DNA of 64,000 nucleotides from a bacterium (GCA_050239825.1 JBFXGO010000002.1:13490-77489), one strand, 5' to 3'; numbered from the stretch's first letter, positions 30,652 to 41,807 are shown. Translations and numbers: made by a program. The notes: a model not told the origin generated them from the sequence alone.

Positions 30652-31738
30652 AGTATTCGTTTATTTTTTCTATTACAAAATTCTGCTCTTTTGTATCAAG
30701 CTCCGGATAAATCGGAAGAGATAAAACCATTTTTGACATCTGCTCTGAAACAGGCATACTCTCAATGTTAATATAAGGACTAAGAGCGGTTTGAAGGTGG
30801 AGGGGCACCGGATAATAAACAACAGAATCTATGTCATTCTTTTTAAGATGCTCCATAAGAGAATCCCTATCCTTTACTGCTATCGTATACTGATGAAAGA
30901 CATGTTTGGACAAACTGCCGGTTTGAGGTTTTACAACCTTCTTCGTGAGTCCCTCAAAGTATCTTTCCGCAAGAAAAATTCTTCTCTCGTTTTTCTCATC
31001 AAGATGTTTCAATTTTGCGTCAAGTATTTCCGCATGCAGTGAATCAAGTCTTGAGTTGAATCCTATCTCTGAATGGACATATTTTTTTACGGCACCGTGT
31101 ACTCTCAACAGCCGCACCTTTCTGTTTATTTCGTCATCATTTGTAACAATTGCGCCGCCGTCCCCAGCGGCTCCAAGATTCTTTGTGGGAAAGAAGCTTA
31201 TTGTTCCGGCTACTCCGAATGAACCTGTTTTTCTGCCTTTAAACTCCGCTCCGATAGCCTGCGCGCAATCCTCTATCACAATGAGATTGTTCTTCTTGGC
31301 TATTTCGGTTATCCTGCCCATATCTGCCGGATTTCCGTAAAGATGCACGGGAAGTATCGCCTTTGTTTTCTTTGTTATCTTTTTCTCTATCTCTTTCGGA
31401 TTTATGTTGTATGTCTCTTCATCTATGTCTGCAAAAACCGGCTTAGCCCCTGCCTGCACTATTGTCTCGCCTGTTGCAAAAAAAGTGAATGGAGTTGTTA
31501 TAACCTCGTCTCCCTCTTTCACTCCCGCGGCAATCATGGATATTAGAAGCGCATCCGTGCCGTTTGCAACACCTATGGCATGTTTGACTTTGAGATACTC
31601 TGCAAGATTGTTCTCAAAATTTTCAACAGGTCTGCCGAGGATGAATGACCCTTCGTCAAATATTCTGTTTACTGCTTCAAGGTACTCTCTTCTGTAAAGC
31701 GAATACTCCCTTCTCGGGTCAAGCATCTTCACTCTCAT
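30644..31738 (-). CDS. DegT/DnrJ/EryC1/StrS sugar aminotransferase (WbpE-like)
   Basis: NGTDAL, PVHLYG, EDCAQA, SFFPTKNLGAAGDGG, NSRLD. Confidence 0.92.
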   Translation of the reverse strand: MRVKMLDPRREYSLYRREYLEAVNRIFDEGSFILGRPVENFENNLAEYLKVKHAIGVANGTDALLISMIAAGVKEGDEVITTPFTFFATGETIVQAGAKPVFADIDEETYNINPKEIEKKITKKTKAILPVHLYGNPADMGRITEIAKKNNLIVIEDCAQAIGAEFKGRKTGSFGVAGTISFFPTKNLGAAGDGGAIVTNDDEINRKVRLLRVHGAVKKYVHSEIGFNSRLDSLHAEILDAKLKHLDEKNERRIFLAERYFEGLTKKVVKPQTGSLSKHVFHQYTIAVKDRDSLMEHLKKNDIDSVVYYPVPLHLQTALSPYINIESMPVSEQMSKMVLSLPIYPELDTKEQNFVIEKINEYYD

Positions 31739-32331
31739 TTTTGAATGACTCCTTCGCGGGTTTTTTCATATACTCTTCCGCACTTAAAACATCTGTATGA
31801 TGATTCATAGGAAGATATGTCGAATTTGTTTTTCATTTTTTCTCCGCATTCGCACATGTATCCGACTATTCTCGCAGGATTTCCGACAACCACGGCAAAA
31901 TCCGGAACATCCTTTGTGACAACCGAGCCGGCTCCGACAAATGCCCACATTCCGATAGTTGTCCCGCAGACAATTGTCGCGTTTGCTCCGATTGATGCTC
32001 CGCGCCTTACGAGAGTCGCCACCCAATCCCCATGCTTCGGATATGGAGCCCTCGGATTGAGGTCATTTGTAAATACCATAGACGGACCGAGAAAAACATC
32101 ATCTTCAACAGTCACCATTCCGTATATCGAAACATTGTTCTGAATTTTAACTCTCTCTCCCACAACCGCTCTGTTTTCTACGGTAACGGACTGCCCAATC
32201 ACGCACATCTTTCCGATTTTTGCTCCGGATAAAATATGCGAAAAATGCCATATTTTTGTTCCATCTCCCACTTCAGCTCCATCGTCAACATAGGAAGATT
32301 CGTGAACAAAGTATTTTTTTTCTAACATCAT
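31735..32331 (-). CDS. Hexapeptide-repeat sugar N-acetyltransferase (WbpD-like) with C-terminal Cys motif
   Basis: KIWHFSHI, KIQNNVS, VFTND, GASIGANATI, GNPAR, CECG...CFKC. Confidence 0.9.
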   Translation of the reverse strand: MMLEKKYFVHESSYVDDGAEVGDGTKIWHFSHILSGAKIGKMCVIGQSVTVENRAVVGERVKIQNNVSIYGMVTVEDDVFLGPSMVFTNDLNPRAPYPKHGDWVATLVRRGASIGANATIVCGTTIGMWAFVGAGSVVTKDVPDFAVVVGNPARIVGYMCECGEKMKNKFDISSYESSYRCFKCGRVYEKTREGVIQK

Positions 32332-33245
32332 AAACTCCTGAAATATTCTGCCGTCTTTTTCAATCCCTCTTCAATTTCCACAAAACTAATTCCGTAATCT
32401 TTTTTTATCTTATCAGAGGAGACTACACTGTTTACAACTTCTCCCATTCTTCTCTCTTTCAGCTCCGGCTCCAAAGTATACTCCGGATAATTCTTTTTTA
32501 AAAGATCATATATTCTCTTGACGCTTGTCTTTATTCCGGTCCCGACATTGTAGATTTCTCTGTCTCCGCTTGATGCTGATATAAGATTGGCGTTCGCAAC
32601 ATCTCCTACAAAGACATAATCTCTGTACATCTCTCCGAATCCGTACAGAATGGATTTTTTCGAACTCTTCATGTTGTTTGCAAATATAGCCACGACGCCC
32701 GCCTCTCCCTTAACCGACTGTCTCGGTCCGTAAACGTTGGCATACCTTAAAATAGTATAATTTATGTTGAAGTTTTCAGAAAAGAACTGAATGTAAAGTT
32801 CTGACGCCAGTTTGGATATTCCGTATGGCGCCTTGGGATTCTTATCGAAATTCTCTTTCGCCGGAGATTCGGCCTCTCCGTACAGAGCACCGCCGGTTGA
32901 TGAAAAAATTATTTTATTTGCTTTATGTTTTTTCATTGCATTAAGAATGTTTATAGTCCCGATGACATTTATTCTTGCATCCTTTTCCGGCTCCTCTGTT
33001 GAAATTCTTACATCTATCTGAGCCGCAAGATGAAAGACTCTCTCTATGCCGCAGGAGGCGAAGAGACTCTCCACATTTTCTTCATTTGAAATGTCTCCTC
33101 TGACAAATTGCGCCTTTGGATTTATGTTTTCCTCGCATCCGGTTGAAAGATTGTCAAAGACAACAACCTGATGGCCTGCTTCAACGAGTTTATCAACAAC
33201 ATGAGAACCTATAAACCCGGCTCCTCCGGTTACAAGCATTTTCAT
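32328..33245 (-). CDS. NAD-dependent epimerase/dehydratase (UDP-glucose 4-epimerase-like)
   Basis: TGGAGFIGS, HLAAQ, SSTGGA, YGISK, NVYGPRQ. Confidence 0.92.
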   Translation of the reverse strand: MKMLVTGGAGFIGSHVVDKLVEAGHQVVVFDNLSTGCEENINPKAQFVRGDISNEENVESLFASCGIERVFHLAAQIDVRISTEEPEKDARINVIGTINILNAMKKHKANKIIFSSTGGALYGEAESPAKENFDKNPKAPYGISKLASELYIQFFSENFNINYTILRYANVYGPRQSVKGEAGVVAIFANNMKSSKKSILYGFGEMYRDYVFVGDVANANLISASSGDREIYNVGTGIKTSVKRIYDLLKKNYPEYTLEPELKERRMGEVVNSVVSSDKIKKDYGISFVEIEEGLKKTAEYFRSL

Positions 33246-34705
33246 ATTACCACCTTCAATTTTCCTGTTAAATTTAAAACACCCCTGTTTGATATCTCTT
33301 CTCCGCTCTCCTCATACCCGTTCAGAAGCGATGCCAGAGCCGATATTTCAAAGCTTAATATTTTGTTGAATTTATACCCCATTCCTATTTCAGAGGAGAT
33401 TATCCGGTCTATTGTTCCGGACGGAAACGCAAGGTCGGAATCGGGCATCTCTGATTCCCATGAGTTTGTCAATTTCCCGTCACCTTGCCTCAAATAAGAA
33501 ATGTCAAGATAAACTTCAAGATTCTTTGCTTGAATGGTTTTCACTCCAAATGAAATATTGTCCATGTCTGTGCCGGACATATATGACATCGGAGCATTGT
33601 AATAAGAGTATGACAGAGAGGTATATTGGTGGGTGTTTGTATATGTGTTTATAAAACAGTATTCTCCGTAAAATATGGGATTCATTCTGATGTTTAAGGA
33701 GAGAGAGCCGTTCAGAAGGAGTCCTATTTTGTGCGGCACATACTCATAATCTTTGTCATACTGAAAATCATCTATAAAAAACTCTCCTGATAACAAGAGA
33801 CCCTCTATTCTTTTATTGGAAATCTCCAATGACCAGAAAATATTGTCATCCGAGTGTGAATTGTGCTGTATCACATAATAGAACATCGCCGGATTGAGAT
33901 AATACATCTGAGGCAGATTTGACCTGTAGAGGACAGTCTCTTTAAATGAGAGTGTTGTTTTAAAAGGAAGCTTGAATGACAGCTTGTGGCTTGACATGTA
34001 AGCATTGTCGACAGTTCTTTTGTTTGCATGGTGATATTCTGATTTGTTGGCGGCAAAGAAGGAGAAGCTTCCGCTCTCCCAATAAATCTCTGCAAGCAAA
34101 CCATCCATAGGCAGAATTTTTCTTGAAAAGAATATGTCATCCTTTATGCCCTGACCCCACGCAGGAAGAATCCTTCCGAACAAAATGCTCCATGCATCAC
34201 CGAAAACAGCCGCATAGGTGTTGCGACAATCGCTTCCTGTATTTTTCCACTCATCCATGCGAAATGATGTTGAATCGGTGTTTTCAAACGGAGCTTCGGT
34301 GAGAATTTCAAATACAAGAATTCCGTGCGGAATATTTTTTTTCGCATATAGAATGTTTTTAAAAAGATAGTCAACGGAATCGGAATATGAAACAAGGAAA
34401 GACGCGTCATCCTCTATGACAAGGTCATCTCTTCTTGAGTATCTTTCAAGAATAGAGTTGATCGCTATAAGCTCCTCCTGTGAAAAACCGTTTTCTTTGT
34501 TCATCTTCTCAATCCATGCTGACTCTATGGCGAGAATGACCTTATCCGACCTCATCGGAAGGTTAAGAAAGTCAATATCAATAATGTCTCTTCTCACAAG
34601 AAATTCTATTTCATCATAGAGAGGATCATCCCTGAATATGAACTCCTGCGGAAATAATGTTAAAAAAGAGAGTGCCGCAAGAATTATTGCGGTAAAGATT
34701 TTCAT
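33242..34705 (-). CDS. Outer-membrane protein, capsule assembly Wzi-like
   Basis: Signal peptide, DDPLY, FGR..WG.G, YLNP, DN, EFFIDD; sits inside the polysaccharide operon. Confidence 0.6.
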   Translation of the reverse strand: MKIFTAIILAALSFLTLFPQEFIFRDDPLYDEIEFLVRRDIIDIDFLNLPMRSDKVILAIESAWIEKMNKENGFSQEELIAINSILERYSRRDDLVIEDDASFLVSYSDSVDYLFKNILYAKKNIPHGILVFEILTEAPFENTDSTSFRMDEWKNTGSDCRNTYAAVFGDAWSILFGRILPAWGQGIKDDIFFSRKILPMDGLLAEIYWESGSFSFFAANKSEYHHANKRTVDNAYMSSHKLSFKLPFKTTLSFKETVLYRSNLPQMYYLNPAMFYYVIQHNSHSDDNIFWSLEISNKRIEGLLLSGEFFIDDFQYDKDYEYVPHKIGLLLNGSLSLNIRMNPIFYGEYCFINTYTNTHQYTSLSYSYYNAPMSYMSGTDMDNISFGVKTIQAKNLEVYLDISYLRQGDGKLTNSWESEMPDSDLAFPSGTIDRIISSEIGMGYKFNKILSFEISALASLLNGYEESGEEISNRGVLNLTGKLKVVI

Positions 34706-36093
34706 TATATGCCCCCTCCCTTTAAAACTATCGGAATTGTCTTTACAACAATCGCAAAATCATATATAAGAGACCATTTATCTATATACTCCATATCCTT
34801 ATACATCCAGTCCGTAAAATCAATTTCATTCCTTCCGGAAATCTGCCAAAGGCATGTGAGTCCGGGTTTCATGGAGAGGCGTCTTCTGTGCCAGAACTCA
34901 TACTCTTTTACTTCACTTAGAAGCGGTGGCCTCGGTCCGACAAAAGACATCTCCCCTTTTAGAATATTTAAAAACTGAGGTATCTCGTCAAGACTATACT
35001 TTCTTAAAAATCTGCCAAGCCTTGTCACCCTCGGGTCTTCCACTATTTTAAAGACCGGTCCGCTCATTTCATTCTTCTCAACAAGCTTCTCCTTCATCTC
35101 CTCGGCTCCTTTTACCATAGTGCGGAATTTAATCATTTTAAATGCTTTTCCGTTCATCCCCACCCTCTCCTGAATAAAGAGTATGGGTCTGCCCATGAAA
35201 ACAAGTATCAAAAGAGTCACAAGCAGATAAATCGGCATCATGAGAATAATAAGAATCAAAGAAAAGATTTTGTCAAAAAAATATTTAAGATAAATCGGCA
35301 TCGGTTTTTCGTTGGTATCGGAGAATTCAAGAAAATCAAATCCAAAGACTGTCTGGGTTGAAACAAAGTTGTTTTTCTTGACATTGAATATTGTGTCAAT
35401 GTTCACCATTGTTTTTATGCCCGACTCTGCAAAGAGGTTCAGGTATTCTTCTATTTTCTCGGAATCTTTCTTTTCACCGGCAAAAATTACAAGGTCGATA
35501 GGCATTGATTTTATTTTATCAGCCGTCTTTTTGTCAAATCCGTCTATATCATACTCATTTGCAAGAGTTATCCCCCAGTCTCTGTGAGAACGTATCAGCT
35601 GGGTTATCTGCTTGAATGCGGCGCCTCTTCCGATGATGACTATGTCGCTCAGCCCTTTATTGCTTCTGAATTTTGAGATTTTATAAAACTGATACAGCTT
35701 TCTCTCTGCTACAAGAAAAATGACATTTATCGCAGAAAAAAGCAGAATGAAGATTCTTGAAATTATAAATCCCTTTATAAGAAATGTAATCGAGAGTATG
35801 AGAATGGTGCCTACAAAGACAATCTTTGTCACATCGTATGCAATTTCTTTAAATGATTTATTCGGCAGAATCTGAACTTCGCGGCTGCCGGAAAGAAGTA
35901 TCGTCCACACGAGCAGAATAAGAATAAAGAGGAGGGCATAATACTGTATATCGACAAGAAAGCTGTTGTTGTCTATAACAAGAAAGCTTCTTATGAAGAA
36001 TGCAAGGGCGAATGCCAAAACAGTGACAAGCAGGTCAAGAAACACAAGGGATATCCTCGTGTGTTCCCTTTTACTCCCCAGAAGCATCTTCAA
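34705..36093 (-). CDS. Polyprenyl-phosphate glycosylphosphotransferase (WcaJ/WbaP family)
   Basis: KFRTM, DPRVT, SLDEIPQF, GEMSFVGPRP, KPGLT. Confidence 0.92.
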   Translation of the reverse strand: MKMLLGSKREHTRISLVFLDLLVTVLAFALAFFIRSFLVIDNNSFLVDIQYYALLFILILLVWTILLSGSREVQILPNKSFKEIAYDVTKIVFVGTILILSITFLIKGFIISRIFILLFSAINVIFLVAERKLYQFYKISKFRSNKGLSDIVIIGRGAAFKQITQLIRSHRDWGITLANEYDIDGFDKKTADKIKSMPIDLVIFAGEKKDSEKIEEYLNLFAESGIKTMVNIDTIFNVKKNNFVSTQTVFGFDFLEFSDTNEKPMPIYLKYFFDKIFSLILIILMMPIYLLVTLLILVFMGRPILFIQERVGMNGKAFKMIKFRTMVKGAEEMKEKLVEKNEMSGPVFKIVEDPRVTRLGRFLRKYSLDEIPQFLNILKGEMSFVGPRPPLLSEVKEYEFWHRRRLSMKPGLTCLWQISGRNEIDFTDWMYKDMEYIDKWSLIYDFAIVVKTIPIVLKGGGI

Positions 36094-37120
36094 TTCTCCT
36101 GTAATTTTTCAGCATTTTAAGAAGAGAGTATACAAAAATCATTGCTGTAAAAATTCCGTATAATACAAATACTGCCGGCGATGGGAAAAGAAATGAGAGC
36201 ACTGAAAATGCCGCAAATATTATGTTTATTCCATATATTAAAAGCACAACCGTATTGTGTTTCGTCCTACCGCCCATAAGAATGTGATGAATGTGATTTT
36301 TGTCAGGCGCGAAGAGCGGTCTTCGGGCAATAACTCTTCTTACAACAGAAAGAACAAGGTCAAGGAATGGATATGTGAAAAGCACTATAAATGCATACCA
36401 TGACTCTGTAAGATGGTATGAGAGAAGCATTATCATCATGGAAAACATACTGCCGAGGAAGAGACTCCCGGTATCGCCCATAAAAATCTTCGCCGGATAA
36501 AAATTAAAGACAAGAAACCCTCCCAGAGCCCCCATAAGAGAGAGTGTGAGAAAGACAAGGTACGCCTTGCCGGTAAGCACTGAAAAGAAGAGAAGAACCG
36601 ACGAGAGTATGAATGATACTCCTCCGCATAGTCCGTCAAGCCCGTCAACAAAATTGATTCCGTTTATAACAGTTGCAAAAAGAACTGCTGAGAGTATTGT
36701 AAGAGTTGCATTTGTAAAAATTATATTGTTGAAAAGAATCGCTAGGTCGTTTCTGTTCCAAAGAAAAAAGAATGCCCCAGCCAGTAGTTGAAACATAAAT
36801 TTTGATTTCGCAGATACTCCATGCACATCATCGATGAGTCCGATTACAAAAAACAGAGTGCTTGTCGAAAGAAGCTTAAGGGTGGAGCTGTCCGCTTCAA
36901 TTATTCCAACGGCATTCAGGACTATCATGGTTATCCAGGTGGCTCCGAACAAACCGATGCCGCCCAGGGTCGGAATCTTCTCAGTGTGAACCTTTCTTTG
37001 ATTTGGAATATCATGAAAACCAAAATCTATCGCAAGCCTCTTTATTATATTGACAAGAAGCGCAGAGAGCATTCCCGAGAGAAGTATTATTGGTAATATT
37101 AATTTATTCATATTTTTCAA
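36071..37120 (-). CDS. WecA/TagO-family undecaprenyl-phosphate GlcNAc-1-phosphate transferase
   Basis: RKVH..PTLGG, GLIDD, NFVDGLDGL, FMGDTGS, DKNHIHH. Confidence 0.9.
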   Translation of the reverse strand: MKNMNKLILPIILLSGMLSALLVNIIKRLAIDFGFHDIPNQRKVHTEKIPTLGGIGLFGATWITMIVLNAVGIIEADSSTLKLLSTSTLFFVIGLIDDVHGVSAKSKFMFQLLAGAFFFLWNRNDLAILFNNIIFTNATLTILSAVLFATVINGINFVDGLDGLCGGVSFILSSVLLFFSVLTGKAYLVFLTLSLMGALGGFLVFNFYPAKIFMGDTGSLFLGSMFSMMIMLLSYHLTESWYAFIVLFTYPFLDLVLSVVRRVIARRPLFAPDKNHIHHILMGGRTKHNTVVLLIYGINIIFAAFSVLSFLFPSPAVFVLYGIFTAMIFVYSLLKMLKNYRRIEDASGE

Positions 37121-37252
37121 TCCTTATAATATTCATAGCAAAATATTATATATCTAATTAATCATATTGTCAAGAAATCACAACTTCTGCAGGTGTTTGT
37201 TGTTGATTTTTTTTAATATATGCTTAAAATAGCTTTTTTTAAAGGAGGTTTA

Positions 37253-39016
37253 ATGAACAAGCGGTGGAATCTCGACGCCCTATATCCTTCGTTTGAATCA
37301 AATGAATTTCTTGAAGATATCAAGACTCTGGATTTGGAGATTGCCGAGCTGATTGAGTTCGGAAATTCTGATTTTTCGGCAGACAAGAGGGCGGCTATTG
37401 AAAAATATATAGGGCTGGCGGAAAAATTTTATAACACACTTTACCGCCTCTTCGCCTTCTGTTCTCTCACCCTTGCAGTTGATACATCAAACAGTAGCGG
37501 AATGAATTTTAAGGATCTTCTTCTCAAGAAATCAAATTCGGCAACGGTTCCTTTCACAAAATTCCGCCTCTTTATAAAAGATTTAAACGACCTTGAAAAA
37601 CTCGCAGAAGAGAGCGCCACTATAAACTCCCACCTGTTTCATCTTAAAGAGATGCGCACATCTGCAAAACGCCTCTTCTCTCCGGAAATAGAGGAGATGG
37701 TATCAGACCTTCAGCGCACCGGCTCTTCGGCTTTCTCATCTCTCCAGAGTCAGCTCACGAGCAACCTCATCGTGAATGTAGAGGTTGACGGAAAAGTCAA
37801 GCCGATGTCCTTGGCGCAGGCAAGAAATCTCTACTATGAAAAAGACAAAGATCTTAGAAAGAGGGCATACGATGCAGAAATTTCTTCCTACTCACTTATT
37901 GAGACTCCATCATCTGCCTGCCTCAGTGCCATAAAGGGGGAGGTCATAACTCTCTCAAAGAGGCGCGGCTATTCATCCGCCCTTGAAATGACTCTTGAAG
38001 AGAGCAGAATGGATATGGATACTCTTGATGCCCTTCTTGGTTCAATGAGAACATCTCTCCCAATGTTCAGAAAATATTACAGACACAAGGCAAAGCTTCT
38101 TGGAAATAATGATAAATTGCCGTTTTATGACCTTGTTGCTCCGGTTGGACAAAGCAGAATCTTTTTCACCTATGAAGAGGCTGCCGATTATATTCTGAAG
38201 GCGGAGAGGAAATTCTCTCCGGAGATAGCTGATTTCATGAAGAATGCCTTCGATAATTCTTGGCTCGACATTGAGCCGAGAAAGGGAAAGCGCGGAGGCG
38301 CATTCTGCAGCACGATTTATTCAGTGCGCCAGTCAAGGATACTCGCAAATTTCAACGGCTCCTTCGATAATATGACAACTCTCGCGCATGAGCTGGGACA
38401 TGCCTATCATGGGTATGTTCTAATGGATGAAACCATTTTGAATTCTGATTATCCGATGCCTCTTGCAGAGACGGCTTCCATTTTTTCGGAGACTGTGGTT
38501 ATGGATTATTCTTTCAGGAATATGTCTGACGACAATCTTCTGACGATTCTTGAAAATGATATTTCAAGCGCCGCAACCGTTATTGTTGACATATATTCAA
38601 GGTATCTCTTTGAAACAGAGCTTTTCAGGCAGAGAGAATCATCCGTTCTTTCCGCAGACAAGCTGAAAGAGCTAATGTCAAAGGCTCAGATTGAAGCATA
38701 CGGAGACATTCTTAACGAAAAATTTCTGCATCCTTACATGTGGGCAAACAAACCTCACTACTATTATCCGGGAGCCAACTTCTACAATTTCCCCTATGCA
38801 TTCGGATTTCTCTTTGCGAAAGGTCTGTATGCCATATACAAAAAAAATCCTATAAATTTCACTGAAAAGTACAAAACTCTTCTCAGAGAGACCGGAAAGA
38901 ACACAATATACAATGTCGGTCTCTCAGCCGGCATAGACCTTCATAATAGGAAGTTTTATGACGACACATTTGAAATGATATCAGGCGACATTGAAAGGTT
39001 CTTGACAATGAAATGA
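37253..39016 (+). CDS. pepF: Oligoendopeptidase F (M3B)
   Basis: GGAGG and ATG at 37253; WNLDALY, GKRGGAFC, AHELGHAYH, AETAS, FYNFPYAFG. Confidence 0.9.
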   Translation: MNKRWNLDALYPSFESNEFLEDIKTLDLEIAELIEFGNSDFSADKRAAIEKYIGLAEKFYNTLYRLFAFCSLTLAVDTSNSSGMNFKDLLLKKSNSATVPFTKFRLFIKDLNDLEKLAEESATINSHLFHLKEMRTSAKRLFSPEIEEMVSDLQRTGSSAFSSLQSQLTSNLIVNVEVDGKVKPMSLAQARNLYYEKDKDLRKRAYDAEISSYSLIETPSSACLSAIKGEVITLSKRRGYSSALEMTLEESRMDMDTLDALLGSMRTSLPMFRKYYRHKAKLLGNNDKLPFYDLVAPVGQSRIFFTYEEAADYILKAERKFSPEIADFMKNAFDNSWLDIEPRKGKRGGAFCSTIYSVRQSRILANFNGSFDNMTTLAHELGHAYHGYVLMDETILNSDYPMPLAETASIFSETVVMDYSFRNMSDDNLLTILENDISSAATVIVDIYSRYLFETELFRQRESSVLSADKLKELMSKAQIEAYGDILNEKFLHPYMWANKPHYYYPGANFYNFPYAFGFLFAKGLYAIYKKNPINFTEKYKTLLRETGKNTIYNVGLSAGIDLHNRKFYDDTFEMISGDIERFLTMK

Positions 39017-39029
39017 TTTTGATTAGAAT
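39002..39029 (+). promoter_or_regulatory. Sigma-70-type promoter for dnaA
   Basis: TTGACA-16 nt-TAGAAT, overlapping the pepF stop. Confidence 0.6.
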
Positions 39030-39043
39030 GATTTTCCCTTGAG

Positions 39044-40405
39044 TTGTATTTAAAAAAGAAAATGAAAACATTAAATGATCAGTTGCACAAAATCCTTTCA
39101 GAGAAAGTGTCATCCGCCGATTACAGCCGCTGGCTCTCTTCTCTCCGCATAAAGGAGCTTGACGAAAGAAGCATTACGCTTATTGTTCCGACCAATGTTA
39201 TAAAAGAGATGATAGAGGATGATTTGTTTCAGGAGCTTGTGGATTCCATCCGCTCTATTATGGATAGGGACCTTCAGATAAGAATCGTTGCAGAGAAGGA
39301 CATTCATGACATCCCAAAGGAGCTCAACCCGTTTAAAAACAATGATTTTGGAATAATAGACACATCATCTCTCAACACAAAATATACTTTCGAAGAATTT
39401 GTCGTGGGAAAATCAAACGAACTCGCTTATGCCGCATCTTTCTCCTTGACAAAGACTCCTGGCGACCAGTACAATCCGTTATTTATATACGGTTCGAGCG
39501 GGCTCGGAAAGACGCATCTGTTAAATGCGATAGGAAATCAGATTAAGCAGAATGACCCGAGAAAGAAGATCTATTACCTTTCAACGGAGAGATTTCTCAA
39601 CGAATATGTCTTTGCCATTCAAGAGAAGAAAATTCTTGATTTCAGAAACAAATACAGGGAGATGGATGTTCTGCTGCTTGATGATATTCATTTCCTGAAT
39701 AAAAAAGAGGGAACGCAGGAGGAGATTTTTCACACATTCAACGCACTGTATGAAAACAACAGTCAGATTGTTTTAACATCAGACAGACCTCCCAATGAAA
39801 TTCAATCTCTTGAACAGCGGCTTGTTACAAGATTTCAGTCAGGACTCGTAGTCGACATACAGCCGCCCGATTTTGAAACAAGATTGGCGATACTAAGAAA
39901 GAAGGTGGAGAGCGACAACATACAGATAGGCGATGATTGTCTTATCTACATCGCCAATAACATTAAAAATAATGTCAGGCTTTTAATTTCAGTCATTATA
40001 AACATACTCGCGCACTCTTCTCTTCTTAAAAAGAATGTCGATATAAATCTGGTGAGAGAGGTCGTAACAGGAATAGTGAAGCCGACCCATGATTCTGTTT
40101 TTTACAGTAAAAAAATTATGCCTGCGGATATTTTGAAGACAGTCTCTGAATATTATAAAATTCCCGAATCCCAGATAACAGGAAAAAAGCGCACTGCATC
40201 ACTGGTTATACCCAGACAGATATCGGCATTCCTTATGAAGAAGTTCACTCAACTCTCCTTAAAGGAGATAGCAGAAAAACTGGGAAAGAAGGACCACTCG
40301 ACAATCATACACGCTGTAAAAAAGATTGAAGAGCTCTCCAAAAGGAATGACAGCAGAGTAAAAGAGGATATTGAGAGCATAATCAGTTTATTGAATATTG
40401 ATTAG
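39044..40405 (+). CDS. dnaA: Chromosomal replication initiator DnaA (likely start 39062)
   Basis: YTFEEFVVGKSN, NPLFIYGSSGLGKTHL, LLDDI, QEEIFHTFN, DHSTIIHA. Confidence 0.98.
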   Translation: MYLKKKMKTLNDQLHKILSEKVSSADYSRWLSSLRIKELDERSITLIVPTNVIKEMIEDDLFQELVDSIRSIMDRDLQIRIVAEKDIHDIPKELNPFKNNDFGIIDTSSLNTKYTFEEFVVGKSNELAYAASFSLTKTPGDQYNPLFIYGSSGLGKTHLLNAIGNQIKQNDPRKKIYYLSTERFLNEYVFAIQEKKILDFRNKYREMDVLLLDDIHFLNKKEGTQEEIFHTFNALYENNSQIVLTSDRPPNEIQSLEQRLVTRFQSGLVVDIQPPDFETRLAILRKKVESDNIQIGDDCLIYIANNIKNNVRLLISVIINILAHSSLLKKNVDINLVREVVTGIVKPTHDSVFYSKKIMPADILKTVSEYYKIPESQITGKKRTASLVIPRQISAFLMKKFTQLSLKEIAEKLGKKDHSTIIHAVKKIEELSKRNDSRVKEDIESIISLLNID

Positions 40406-40581
40406 CTGTGGATAATATAAGAACAACTTTGGTTTTTCCACATCAACTTCGGTTAACAACATAATTGTGAATATGTCTGTTGATTTTAAGGTGTAATTTT
40501 GATATAATTTAATACGGTTATGAACATATGGACACTTAATAATAGAAGTAATAAGAAAATTAATACTATAAAGGAGGAGAG
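40406..40581. other. Replication origin oriC
   Basis: Perfect DnaA box TGTGGATAA (40407-40415); near-matches TTTTCCACA (40434-40442), TGTGAATAT (40466), TTATGAACA (40518); DnaA-trio-like TAATAATAGAAGTAATAAG (40537-40555); AT-rich; between dnaA and dnaN. Confidence 0.85.
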
Positions 40582-41691
40582 ATGAAATTTCACGTTGACA
40601 AACAAGAGTTTTTGAAAAACCTCAATACAATATCAAGCATTGTTCCTGCAAAACCCATTGTAACAATAATCTCCAATATTATGATTGAAGCGAAAAAAGA
40701 GACATTGTCATTTTCCTCTACTGATTTTGAAATAACAATGCATTCAGAGATGCCTGCAACAGTCACTGAGGACGGAGTGATTGTTATAAATGCAAAGACA
40801 ATAGTTGAACTTGTAAGAAAACTTCCTGAAGGCGAACTCTCAATATCTCTCTCCAATGATGAAGTATCTATAAAATCAAAGTCAGGCATTTATAAAATGC
40901 CTGTAATCAAGAAAGATGATTATGTGGAAATTTCAAGAATAGAAAAAAACAAGATGTTCAATGTTGATTCTCTTCCATTGAAATCTGCAATAGACAATTC
41001 AGTATTTGCAGTTTCCAAAGATGCCGTAAAAGTTGCAATAACCGGAGTTCTTCTTGAAGGAGCCGGAAAGAATCTGACATTTGTTGGAACAGACGGACAC
41101 AGGTTGGCATTTTATTCAATCAAAGATATTTTTGAAAAACCCATATCAAATTCTGTTATAATTCCTCCAAAGGTTTTGACGATTCTTAGAGACCTTATTG
41201 ATGATGTGGATGAATTCAGCATGGGTTTTGATGAAAAGAGAATTATGTTCAAAGTCAAGACAATAGAAGTCTGGGCAAAACTCATAGAGGGTACATATCC
41301 TGATTACAAACGAGTCATACCAACGGATAACAATAAAGTCATGATTGTCAAAAAGGATGACCTTATAAATTCTCTTAACATAATAAATGTGTTTACAAAT
41401 CCAAATACGAGGCTTGTCAAATTTGAAATAGAGAGCGGCAAGCTTATAATAAATGCGTATCAGAATCAGACAGGAGAGGGGACGGAGTTTATCGAAGTCG
41501 ACTATGAAGATAAAGAGAAGCTTGTGATAGGATTCAACAATAACTATCTTCTTGAAATACTAAAACGGATAGAGACTGAGAATGTAAAGTTTAAATTCAA
41601 GGGAGAGATGTTTGCTGTGATAGTTGAAAACGAAATGAGCAAGGTTGATCAGGAGGCAATTTATATTATAATGCCTCTCAGATTAAAGTAA
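40582..41691 (+). CDS. dnaN: DNA polymerase III beta sliding clamp
   Basis: STDFE, GTDGHRLA, LIEGTYPDYKRVIP, IGFN, IMPLRL. Confidence 0.97.
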   Translation: MKFHVDKQEFLKNLNTISSIVPAKPIVTIISNIMIEAKKETLSFSSTDFEITMHSEMPATVTEDGVIVINAKTIVELVRKLPEGELSISLSNDEVSIKSKSGIYKMPVIKKDDYVEISRIEKNKMFNVDSLPLKSAIDNSVFAVSKDAVKVAITGVLLEGAGKNLTFVGTDGHRLAFYSIKDIFEKPISNSVIIPPKVLTILRDLIDDVDEFSMGFDEKRIMFKVKTIEVWAKLIEGTYPDYKRVIPTDNNKVMIVKKDDLINSLNIINVFTNPNTRLVKFEIESGKLIINAYQNQTGEGTEFIEVDYEDKEKLVIGFNNNYLLEILKRIETENVKFKFKGEMFAVIVENEMSKVDQEAIYIIMPLRLK

Positions 41692-41715
41692 AAACAGATT
41701 TATATTATTGAGTGC

Positions 41716-41744
41716 AAAGAGGCGGGGTAACTCCCGCCTCTTTT
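41716..41744 (+). terminator. Rho-independent terminator after dnaN
   Basis: AAAGAGGCGGG-GTAACT-CCCGCCTCTTTT. Confidence 0.85.
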
Positions 41745-41807
41745 ATTGAAAATGTAAAAGAGTGAAAATATAGGAAGGTTAGAATGTGAGGGAGATTGAG
41801 TAAAGCT